Below, piece after piece: positions 51,561 to 62,749 of a DNA stretch of 64,000 nt. The DNA lies in assembly GCF_023055435.1 (NCBI RefSeq), contig NW_025963802.1:5704001-5768000 (forward strand), written 5' to 3'. The first letter of the stretch is position 1. Each line of letters starts with the position of its first letter. The stretch is from Haliotis rufescens. Taxonomy: Eukaryota. Both the position numbers and the translations under genes were made by a program. Under the pieces are notes generated by a model that saw only the letters and a program-made list of their open reading frames with translations, was not told where the DNA came from and ran no database searches.

Positions 51561-52680
51561 GTTCGGACCTTTTTTGTATTTTGTTTGTATAAAAAAGGCC
51601 CGTGGCCTACAAGTACTGGATAAAGTGAGGTGTCACTTTAAATGTAGTTGCTTGTTTCTATCAAAAGTATATGAGAATTATTCCAGCACTGACCCGTGAT
51701 GTCTGTGTTCTCGCAGCCCTAGTCTGGCAGGTTCACCGTCAGGTACAGGTGCCCGGTGAGGGTGGGGACGGCCCGGGGGGTGAGGATACCAATCTCATAT
51801 ACCCGAGACATCATCTCGAGCTGGGCTTCTGAAATAATAGTTTCGTTGATCATGTGACATATTAAATAGCGCATTTGATAGCAGAAAAGTTGGACGTAAT
51901 AAATACGTCATTGGCATTACTACATATGAAATCAGATCACATCCTTGCTAGATCGCATCTGTATCAAATGCATCTTGAACTCAAACTTTGAATACAATAA
52001 CACAAGATACTTTACCTATATATTTTGTGTTCTGTGAGTTCCGTTTGTTAAGAACTTTGAAAATATAACCAAGGCCACACGTTTCCTTCGAATTGTCTCC
52101 GTTTGACTCCACCTCGATCCGGAAGTTCAAATCTTCATAGCTATTAAGTTTCTGGCAGCTGACCATGTGCAGGCCATAATGTCGTGCAAGTAGCGTCCCG
52201 ATGGAGGACACAGTCAACGATGGTTTCTCCGATGTTGCAAGCGTGATGAAGTTCGCAATTTTGTGGACGGGGAAATGACACCAACAATTATATACAGAGC
52301 TTCAGGCACCACCAATTATCCTATATGTAGAATACAAGCTGCAGCAGAGGAGAAGGATTTACTGTCAGCAAACAACGAGCATGTCAAGCTTGGTACAGGG
52401 CAGTTCCACTCTGATACACACGACAGACATTGGAGGGAATATTTACATTGGGGTCTGATCTGTAGGTGGCTATGAATATATCATACATTATTTATAGGTT
52501 GGAATGCGAGCTACCTTTTGTATTACGGGTTATAATAGGGCCCCGCCACGCCGCGTTCAAGATTTTTGCGCTGATTCAGCACATGTGTGTGGTTACTTGT
52601 TATAGTCCAGATTATTGTCATTTTTATAGTGCTTGCCAGCTGAAAACCAAGCAGCAGTCATACACCACTCCGATACTTTA

Positions 52681-54633
52681 AGGGGCACTGATCTAAAGCA
52701 ATTCCCCGGGACTGGTTTTTGCGCAATTCGTAAGCGCATTTGTCACTTTTGATAGTAGAAGGGCGTATGGTCACATTGATCAACAAAATAAAATACAGTT
52801 TTGTAAATGATAAAGAAATGTAGGTATCTTTGTGGGTAGCATCGGTAATGGTGACAAGTTTTGATAAGTCACTTGCTTGGTAATTGTGCGATTTTCGTTT
52901 ACAATATTTTGACTTACAACACAAGGTAACTATTTTGTCCTGAGCATTGCTTATTTTATCGTGTTTTTATTTTTACAGTCAACATGTGCAAAATTTTCAC
53001 TTAGGAAATTTATTAAACGCCTGAATATTCAGTTATTTTACAAATTGACTGAAAAATATGTCCATCTGTATTATTATGCCAACGAATTCCAAACATTTTC
53101 ATATTTAATATCATCACCAAGTGACTGAAAATGTTACGATGAAAAGCACATTTCTATATTGTTTGGCTTCTAATCCTACATAATAATCTATTGTGATGTT
53201 TTTAGGCCCTTTTGATCGTCATACTCAATTTTACTCAATCTGTAAAAGAAATGGACAGATTTTTCAGCCAAAATGATTTAAATATTTACACCCTTACATC
53301 GAAGAATTTCCCAACCAAGACGCAGAAGAAGAAAAATGAATCTGTCCAATACTTCAGCAAATGAAGGAAAACTAAATGCAAAAGTCATAATTACAACCTA
53401 CCAAATTAATGTGTATAATTTTAGGCAGCTTCCTTGTTCGAGGAATGTATCCGTGAATATCCACATAAACGAACAATATCCCACACGTCTGCAGCTGTAC
53501 AAAGAAACTTATTCGATGTCACGTATCTCTGTAACAATCAAATATTTTAATATATATATATATATATTTGTCCATATATATATCGTTTCGGGATATTATA
53601 ACCGGTTTTCGCTTCTCAGCTGTTTACTAAGATTGTTTCATGTTTTTCACAAAAGTGTCAAGTCTCAGAGGTCGGCTGAGATAGCCCATATATCAACTAT
53701 TTTCATAATGTCCACGGTTCCTAAAAAAATCCATTGAGTTAGATGACAATGAGCAATCAATCAACGTATTATCGGTTAACCCTTTGAACAAAGTATGTTG
53801 TTTTTACATCGGCACTTCACGCCATCATATGAGTGTAGTCCTTTTCTTTTAGTAAACCTAGACATGTAAACATTCACTTTTGACATTTCACTGTGCAAGA
53901 TAACAGTGATTAAACAATCAATGTATTTTATGTTCATCCTTTGATGACTAGGAACGATCCGTTGATTTACAAAAAAGTAAATCAACTAATCATTCATCTC
54001 TTGCTGGGCTGCCACGTGCATATTACATAAAACACATTTCATCTCACCTCAAACCTAGATTTAGATTGAATAATTACCCCAGACACAATAAATGCCAAAT
54101 GGGAACCTTTGTCAGGTATTCTGATTGGTGCTACCACTAATTATACCTGCAATAAATTCATTAACTGAGCATCAAGTGAATGACGACAAATACACAAGTG
54201 TAGGGTTATACCAGAAAACGTGGATGACAACAAGGGAGGAGTAATCGTATTATCGACGCAATCCGAAATCCGAAAAAAGCTTTCACTGCATGGATACTTT
54301 TTTTCAATGAATTTAAACTACAACAATCAGGGTTTTTTTTCAAATGACGACATCCGATGAGCTCCGCCGTTCTTTTTGTCTGCTTGTTTAGACTGAAAAA
54401 ATTAATTAACATGCGCCCTTTGTCAAAATCTTTATAGATCACGGTTAACCAATCAGTGTTTAAAATTGCGTCAAACAAATGCTGCCTCCAAGTTTATTTA
54501 GCTGTCCTTGCAGACGGTAGCCCAGTCTCTTGTCACGTTCAGTTGCGTTGCGTATCATCCGGGTACTCACGGGGGAAAAGCAATAACAAAGGCAACAACC
54601 AGTCCCGGGGAATTGCTTTAGATCAGTGCCCCT
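52681..54633. mobile_element. Kolobok-like non-autonomous DNA transposon (~1.95 kb)
   Basis: Perfect ~37-bp TIR AGGGGCACTGATCTAAAGCAATTCCCCGGGACTGGTT with TTTA/TTAA flanks. The paralogous empty site has a single TTAA at 61663-61666. No transposase ORF. Confidence 0.85.
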
Positions 54634-54854
54634 TTAAGACCGACTCCAAGCCGACCAGCTAAAGGCTTTGTTGTATCCCTTAATGCCGAACGCCAGGCAG
54701 GGAAACAACATATATCATCTCTTTGTATGATGTGGCCAGGAATCGAACTACCGACCTTGGCTTATTATCTATTGTTTTCGAGATACATAAATCAGATTTG
54801 GAGGTCGTAATGCCTTGACCCGACGCTGATTGGCTTGATTAGAAAGTTCGCCTG

Positions 54855-54937
54855 CAATCTCGTTAAAATCACATCTTTGTTCTCTCTACCAAATTGTTAA
54901 GCGGTAGCGAGAACTAAGATCTGATTTAACGATATTG
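54855..54937. mobile_element. Small hairpin/MITE-like element
   Basis: CAATCTCGTTAAAATCACATCTT..TTCTCTCTACC pairs with GGTAGCGAGAACTAAGATCTGATTTAACGATATTG; related pieces at ~26870-26905, 45385-45407 and 56540-56580. Confidence 0.6.
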
Positions 54938-54939
54938 GT

Positions 54940-54996
54940 TCATTCTGGGTAAGATAGCCTGCAGTTTGTGGCGGGATGTTGTCGCTAAGGATTGAC
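54940..54996 (-). pseudogene. HYKK: HYKK exon-5 remnant with an internal deletion
   Basis: TCATTCTGGGTAAGATAGCCTGC + AGTTTGTGGCGGGATGTTGTCGCTAAGGATTGAC match 57257-57331 apart from a short deletion. Confidence 0.75.
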
Positions 54997-55071
54997 GCTT
55001 ACCACGTTGGTGAAACCCACGACATGGATCTGACAAACCAATCATACATGTACGTTTCTGGCACGCCTAAA

Positions 55072-56390
55072 GGGCGCTCTGTTCCCATGTAAGTGCGACA
55101 CTAGGGCGATCCGAGGCCTTTCTTCTTCAATCTGAGTTGCATCTTATCATCTACTTGCCCACTGTGAACAGGGTACCTATCGGGAAACACCGACTTTTCT
55201 GCCTTGACCAACAAACACAGGAAAAGACACAAAAGTTTATAACATGAAATACATTAAAGATTTTTGGCGTTTGGGGAATTCTCACCTTACAAAATGAGGT
55301 GCTACATGATTGAGCTTCAACCATGGCCGCCTAGGTTTTATGCAGCCAAAAACAAATGCATTACTCACGCAGATATAGAAAGGTCATTAGGGTATTTGGC
55401 TACTTCAAATAGCACCGCTGTGAGTTACGCGTCCTGAGCAACAGGAGGAAAACATGACAGTTGGCTATGCTGTTTTAACCAAACTTTTAAATCCAATTTC
55501 AAAACTTCAATTATAAAGTAAAGAATGTACTATTGCAATGCGTGTAAGATTACCCTAATGAGCTTCATGTAAGGATAATAAGGCCGGTATATATTAAGTG
55601 AGGCCAATAAAAAACTTACATACACATTTAGCTTAAAAGTGCCCAAGCCATGGGACCAACCGCTCGAAAGAATCCTGAGCTACAGGAAAGTATGGCGGTT
55701 GGCTATGGTTATGCAGTTTTAATGAAAATAGATATAACCCATATAAAGGTGGAATTCCAGAACTGATAGAAAATACTATATAAATGTACCAAAGGTATAT
55801 CAATGGTCATTGATGACACTGATACCTAAAATTTTAAAAATACATAAAAAGAATGAAGGTCTATGCTTGCGCTGTATGGTGTGTGCAATGACATGGTATA
55901 GAAAATGTTTGCAAGAAAGCCAGTATGAAGGTAACGTGAATGTATAAAGATAGAAAATGGTGCAAGGGGCAGGAGGTGGGGAAACTAGCAAGAGAAAGGG
56001 CCAAAAAGCAAAATAGAATCAAGGACAGAAGTGTGGATGCGCATTGAATGTGTTGCGCGTGATAAAAGAGGCCACATTATGTCACTTACATCAAAGACAA
56101 AAACGACAACAACAACAAAAAATAGAAAAGGGCGAGCTCAACATTGAAAAATAAAGAACCTACAAACATGTAAGACGTATTAATGACATATGAAGTAAGA
56201 TATAAGAAGTGTTAGTATATATTACATACGTTGTTACAAACGAAAGTTAGAAAATATGTTTAGTAAAAGGAGAGCTGGCCTGTTAAGAATGGCAACACAA
56301 TATGGTACGTAAATACTGTGATTAACTTGCATGAGATAACACGATATTGCAGACGGGTGTGTTTTAAAGCCATTATAAACAAGCTCCCAT
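55072..56390. repeat. ~1.3-kb upstream block duplicated at 62750-64000
   Basis: Long stretches of identity, e.g. TAAGTGCGACACTAGGGCGATCCGAGGCCTTTCTTCTTCAATCTGAG; ends at AAGCCATTATAAACAAGCTCCCA. Confidence 0.92.
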
Positions 56391-56964
56391 AAATATTGAA
56401 CTGTATTGTATCAACACTCCCCTCAATATGATTTCTGGATTCAAGAAAAAGAGCACTTATTCAAGACATTCAAAACATTCAAGTGTGACAAATTCTGGAC
56501 GTTCGTAAGTGCATTGTCAGTTATAATATGGCTTAGTATTTTCTACCAATTTCTAAAGCGGTAGGGAGAACTAAGAGTTTCCTTTTTTATATTCTATTAA
56601 ACTATTTTAACACCTATTTTTTTCTATAAATTTGTTCACTTCAGAGACTAGATGTTAGTCTGCACAGGAACTGGCAATATATTACCACAGACCACTCACT
56701 GTGAATCATGGACACAGGTTGAAGTACATGTACACATGTAGGTAAGACAGACACAAATATGAAAATCCAGAAACGTTGACGTTATAATTCACTTTTAGAC
56801 GGGGTATGATATCTGACATAAGGGTTGACCTTTGTCAAGACTAATAGCATTTACTTCATGCACAACGTAGTATATATGCATGGCATGCGAGTTTTAGACG
56901 CGGGCCTTTCGATGACACTATGTGTATGTCATTGAAGAATTCTTATAAGACGTCTAATATAATT

Positions 56965-59900
56965 TTAGTCATCATCATCAGCAGCAGCAGCAGCAGCATC
57001 ACCAGCATCACCATCGCCTTCATCATCAGCCACGAGTGGTTTCTCGCAGGTCCGAGCAATGTTCCGCCACTCTCTGACCAACTGTTCTGAGTCCATTTCC
57101 CACAGTTGACGAAGTCGTGGCCAGCCTATCTTAGCCGTGTTAAGCGTGTAGTCGTTACTGGGATCAACTTGGAAGGAGTAGGCGCCGATAACCAGTGACT
57201 GGGTGATGCGCGCGCATACACACAACTTTAACAGTTCAATTTCTCTGTCGGACAAATCATTCTGGGTAAGATAGCCTGCCAGAACATACCCGGATGCAGT
57301 TTGTGGTGGGATGTTGTCGCTAAGGATTGACATGTACGCCATTGCTATGGCAACCTCAAAGATGTATGGCAGATAAGCACTGTCACCATAATCCAAGATG
57401 GCGGACACATCGTGCTCATCCCTCCATCTGTCGTCATCGGCAGCTTCAGTTACTAAGATGTTCCCTTCGTTTAAATCCCCATGGATCGTTCCTAAAAAAT
57501 ACGTATAAATTTCAATGCAATAATTTCCACTTACCCATTGGCACAATTCCACAGATGATGAAAAAACTATAACATTCCTGCAAATCATCAGATAATTTAA
57601 TAATTGTACATAAACTCAATAAACTTAATATGTAAACAGAGGATACCCGAACAATCATACAAAAAATAAGTGTTGATTCGTGTTTGGTTTAACGCCGGAC
57701 TGAACAGACCAAAAAGTTAGGCATAGAGGACGCTTTCTAAGTGCTGGTTAATCCCAAACCTTTGTTACAATATCCATCTTCAGCCTCACTTTGGTTTTCT
57801 ACAAACTTCCTAACTGGTGGTGATAACACTGGCGTCATTTGGGTATCGTTCGATGGCATCCTTTAATGTTCGATAACAAATTGACTCAGGTTGTGGTCGT
57901 CCACCGTAAGGCTGTGGTGATCCACGCGTGTGGGTATGGTGCTGACAGATCTAGGATCTGGACTGAGGCAAATCCGTGATCGCGTTCAATTTTGAAACCC
58001 TGGGCAACCTTGTGACCCCTGTTGACCAAGTTATGATCCAGTTTACGTGATACTAAGGTTGACCAAAGTTGCCCATCCCTTATGACCTGGGGTGCGGTAC
58101 TCTAGTTGGGAGCCACAAAGACGTCATCATTAAAACTTTTCTCATTAACTGTTGATCCAATCGTGAATACAAACATTTTAATGAATATAAGTAAGAAATG
58201 GTTGTACATGTGTATATATGCATTCTGATCTACGCCAGGCTAGGGAAGTTGAACTTTCGACTGTTGATACAAATACTAAAGAATCAATAATGCACATTAC
58301 ACAATGATTTTGCATCTCTAATGTTCTACGCGTTATATGAAACTTTCATTTCGTTTTACATGCGTCAAATAAAAACGGTACAATGACAGCTGTGTAAAGC
58401 AATGACACACGTGTTTACCTCTCATGTGTTATAGCAATACACATGGCTGTAGTGTTTCGCCTTTACCTGGCAGCCATTTTGTAATCTGAGGAGTTTTATT
58501 TCGATTACTACCCAAACGTATGCTTGATTAAGAGTGGTCAGCTCAGGTTGAATCTTATCAACCCTAGTTGACAGAAATGTGATAACCTCAGTCAACTAAA
58601 ATTGTATTAATCAAAAGTACGAAATGTTAACTGCAGTGTGTGACCACTGGGACACTAAATCAAGAACCGATACGAGTAGTATTTCAAAGTACACGGACAC
58701 TCGTCTCATGTTAATATTAATTAATTAACATAACATTAAAGGATATAGCGCCGCAGTCAACAATATGTCAGCTATATGGCAGCTACTTGCAACAGAAGAT
58801 AGTAGTTGGCTGCCACAGAGCATGACTACCGGATCTCCAGTTTAGTCGCCTGTAACGACAAGCATTGGCTACATGTATGTTTACTTGGGCCTGACAGCTT
58901 GTATTAGGGCATGTTCGGACAGGAATCCATAAAGGGTGTTGATCTGAGAAGGCGGACACCTTGGCAACACTGTTCTATCTTACCTTGTGGAAATTCATTC
59001 AGGTGTTCCAGAACACGTGACTGAAATGTCTTGACGACGTCACTGACCAGCTCTCTGTCACCATTGTCCTCTACCACGTGTAGCAGGTTAACAATCAACG
59101 GCAGATGGTCAGGATGCCAGGTTATTTTTTTGCCATGGAAACCAGAATGGTTGAAGCCCTGTGTCGAGATGAAAACTTTTGCAAATTTCTTCAAACAGAC
59201 ACATAAAGGCCAAACAAACAGACCAATTATTTTTCAGAAATATGTTTCCACGTTTTATATATTCAACCTATTTCATGTCACCCGGACCGTTATTGTCTCA
59301 TTGCTTCGAGACAAGTGCTGAACAAAACTACGACCCTCAAACGACTGTATCTGAGACATAAGTGACACAGTGCGTGTCACGGCTCTTAACTAACTACTTC
59401 ACCGCCTACGCTAGAATAACGCTTCACCCACAGAGGAGCCGTCTTGAAATTGTCAATCTGTTATCTTCAATGCGTAGCCACTGTCTAGCCTGTATCAATG
59501 CAAATGGTTGTCACACCCGATATTGACATTGTTAATTGAGTTGTTACACCAGTATAGGTGTTAACCGGTATAGGTTTGTCAATGAATGACCAATATTATG
59601 TTGATATATCTAATTATATAACATTTACACCACTTTACTTTTTTCTGCGTGTATACATTGAGGGGGGAGGACGGAAGAGTAGGAAACTTCTGCTGGGTTA
59701 GTATTTTTTATCCAAAGCAACCAGTCAAGGCGATTAAGCCTGTTTGTTTACAAGTTTTAATCCGATACTACGGATTAGCATTTAAATAACATAAGTAATA
59801 TCAACATCAGGCCAAGGTGCAGCGTTTTCACTTTATAAAGATGTTTTGTATACAAAAAAGTCCCAAGTGGTTTATTAATTACCACATTTTATACACAGAA

Positions 59901-61310
59901 GCTATAAAAATACAAGGGGCCGATCCCTCCATACATACCTCGTCACAGTGCTTACCTTTAACGCCGTGTCAACTCTGCCTGCCATCACCCCTACCTTGTA
60001 ACACAGCCCCGGGGTGAGGGGGACAGACTGTAGTATTGTCCCAGGGATAAACTCAAACAGCCGCATTACATAGATGGAGGCTGGAGATGAAACATTTATT
60101 TTAGTAGCGCAATGTTCAGAGAGTGAGTGAATGGGTTCTTAGCGTTTCACGCCCCTTACGCAATATTCCAGCAATATCACGGGGAAATGAGCTTCACACA
60201 AATATATCCATATGTGGAATCGAAACCGGTCCTCAGCGTCACGAGAGAACGCATTTACCACTGGGCTACCCCAAAGTCCAACAAAACAGTGGATGATAGC
60301 GTGAGCAACGCCGTCGGGACACAATGACATAATCAATTACATCAAACAAAAGGAACTATCCAATCCTCATGAGTCGAGTCTAACGACAAGCTGGGGAAAT
60401 GGAGACTCCTTCTGTCCCTGATGAAGTCATCCATAGTGTTCCTTCCATATTTTGTTATAGTAATTCATCAGTATACATCGTTAACTGTAAAATTGCTCTT
60501 GTGCAGTCTGCAAAGTACGGCACAAACGTATAAACGTAGCATATTCAACAACAAACTGATACTGATCCTAGCCTGTCTCGGTCATTAAATTATTTTATTT
60601 CCAATTCCGCCCAGCGCTAACAGTATTGCTACAGGTCTTAAAGAAGTTAGTCTAGATTTTCCACAGGTTCCTTTTTATTTTAAATGTGGCCGCTTGCTTC
60701 TATCAAAAGAATATTCCAACACTGACCCGTGATGTCTGTGTTCTTGCAGCCCTCGTCTGGCAGGTTCACCGTCAGGTACAGGTGCCCGGTGAGGGTGGGG
60801 ACGGCCCGGGGGGTGAGGATACCAATCTCATATACCCGAGACATCATCTCGAGCTGGGCTTCTGAAACGATAGTTTTGTAGATCATATGACATATTAAAA
60901 AGCGCATTTGAATAGTTGTTGTATATAATAAATACATCTTGATCATTATTACACATGGAATCAGATCCCATTCTTGCTTGGTCGCAGCTGTATCAAATAC
61001 ATTTTGATTGTTCTTACACATTAACTCAAACTTTGAAAACTATAAAAGTTTAACAAGATACTTTACCCATATAGTTTGTGTTCTGTGAGTTCTGTTTGTT
61101 TAGGACTTTGAAAATATAACCATGACAACACGGTGCCTTCGAATTGTCTCCATTTGACTCCACCTTGACACGGAAGTTCAAATCTTCATAGCTGTTAAGT
61201 TTCTGGCAGCTGACCATGTGCAGGCCATAATGTCGTGCAAGTAGCGTCCCGATGGAGGACACAGTCAACGATGGTTTCTCCGATGTTACAAGCGTGATGA
61301 AGTTCGCCAT
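56965..61310 (-). CDS. HYKK: Hydroxylysine kinase-like protein (AGPHD1/HYKK, APH/choline kinase superfamily), copy A, intact, 401 aa; exons 61067-61310, 60727-60861, 59956-60080, 58984-59158, 56965-57491
   Basis: Hand-spliced with all GT-AG introns (phases 1,1,0,1): 1206 nt, no internal stop. Motifs LNSYEDLNF, YIFKVLN, MRLFEFIPG, IHGDLNEGNILV (Brenner motif), ILDYGD, FEVAIAMAYM, QSLVIGAYS and TAKIGW are colinear with vertebrate HYKK as I recall it. Confidence 0.92.
60120..60272 (-). mobile_element. SINE family A in HYKK intron 2 (corresponding copy in unit C at ~39165-39270)
   Basis: (GAGT) tail, GCAATATTCCAGCAATATCACGG, GCTTCACACA and CACTGGGCTACCC. Confidence 0.75.
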
Positions 61311-61585
61311 TTTGTGGACGGTGAAATAACACCAACAGTATGTAGAATGCAAGCTGCAGCTGGGGAGGAGCATTTACTGTTAGTAAACAACGACCACATC
61401 TAGCTTACTTACACGGCAGTTCTACCTTAATACACACGACAGACATTGGAGGGAGTATTTACTTTGGGGTCTGATCTGGAGGTGGCTATGAATACATCAT
61501 ACATTATTTATAGGTTGGATTTCGAGAGAAAAGCTACGAAAGGCTTCTTTTTGTATTACGGGTTGCATGCACTTGTTTATGGCTG

Positions 61586-61840
61586 CTAGTCCAGACTATT
61601 GTCAGTTTTTCTAGTGCTTACCAACTGAGATACCATGCCGAAGTTATACCAAAATCCAATACTTAATACTGACTGTAAGCAGACCAGCTGCAGGCCTTGT
61701 TTTATCCCCTGAATGCCGAACGCAAGGCAGGGTAACAACAAGTACCATCTCTTTGTATGATATGGCCAGGGGATCGAACCACCGACCTTCTGCTCCCCGA
61801 ACAGACGCTCTCCTAGGATGGCCATGGCACTAGAGGAGGC
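61586..61840 (-). mobile_element. SINE family C upstream of HYKK copy A; its paralogue is split by the Kolobok-like element (52600-52677 and 54638-54760)
   Basis: Meta-like core AATGCCGAACGCAAGGCAGGGTAACAACAAGTACC and B box (reverse complement) GGGATCGAACC. Confidence 0.8.
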
Positions 61841-62499
61841 AATGTTGGATCGGGTGATCCATCCTCAATAATCCAGTGCATTATATCTACACAACTGAGA
61901 TTCGGGAGATCAGGCTTGGTGACATTACGTGTCACCGTACCCCGGTAGCTGGGTCATACTAGATCCCTCTCTCTTTCTGAGCTGGTGGTATCACACGCTG
62001 GGTCAAACAAAATCCCTGTAAATCCATGGTAAACGATATCAGGGGAACATGGGTGGCCCAGTCGTCCAGGGAGCTGCGATACACATTGATTCGTCTCATA
62101 ACCGCCATGGTCCTGTGCTCGTTGTTTCGAATCCCAGTTTTTAACTCGCAGTCAAGAGAGCCAACACTCCTGTCACCTTATTCTTTAGCCATCTCTTACG
62201 ACAAGCATGGTCTACCTACATAGCACCAATTCTGACCAGGAGCCATCACTGAATCTATACTTTACTTCCTATTTTAAGCTGACATGTCCAGGTGTGACTT
62301 AAATACTGGCAAATCGTATCCGTTATTTTACACAATATTCAAACAATAGTATACATACCTGCTACAAGAGTCGTCCAACACGTTCACGTTATAACAGAAA
62401 TATTGTCGATATGTGTCAGGGAATGCTGGGGTGACAGGTGTTTGGAACGTTGATGGAGTAATAAATTTATATAAGTATACTGACGGAGTCACAGGTGTT

Positions 62500-62722
62500 G
62501 GGCACGGGTCCTGGCCAAGTCGCCTGAGGCATCTAACTGTGCAGCGTTGTGTACCTTGGACGTGTCAGAATCCCCCGGTCGTAGGTTCCAGTCCAGGTCA
62601 GCACTGATTATTATGGCTGGTTTAATTTTACAGCCCTTGGTCGTAGGTTAAAATCTGCATCACTTAGAGCTTTCCTCCAACATTAAGTTGACACGTCGGG
62701 ATGTAACTGAAATGCTGTTTAC
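62500..62722 (+). mobile_element. Diverged SINE family D copy
   Basis: CTGCATCACTTAGAGCTTTCCTCCAACATTAAGTTGACACG..GATGTAACTGAAATGCTGTT aligns with 18540-18610. Confidence 0.55.
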
Positions 62723-62749
62723 GGACGCTTCGAGACCGTGTTTTCAAGA

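Larger units (their letters stand above)
45953..52259 (-). pseudogene. HYKK: HYKK-like copy B pseudogene; exons 52016-52259, 51694-51828, exon 3 absent, 47262-47405 (truncated), 45953-46404
   Basis: Start ATG>ATT (52257-52259); GAG>TAG stop at 51719-51721; exon 3 not found; ~160-bp deletion removes the exon 4 end and donor; DYGD>DYAH; 1-nt deletion near 45980. Confidence 0.9.

Noticed and set aside
61311-61373. Upstream extension of the HYKK exon-1 ORF and intronic extensions of the other exon ORFs in the track
   Set aside because: They lie outside the splice sites or the AAAATGG start context and show no similarity to HYKK.
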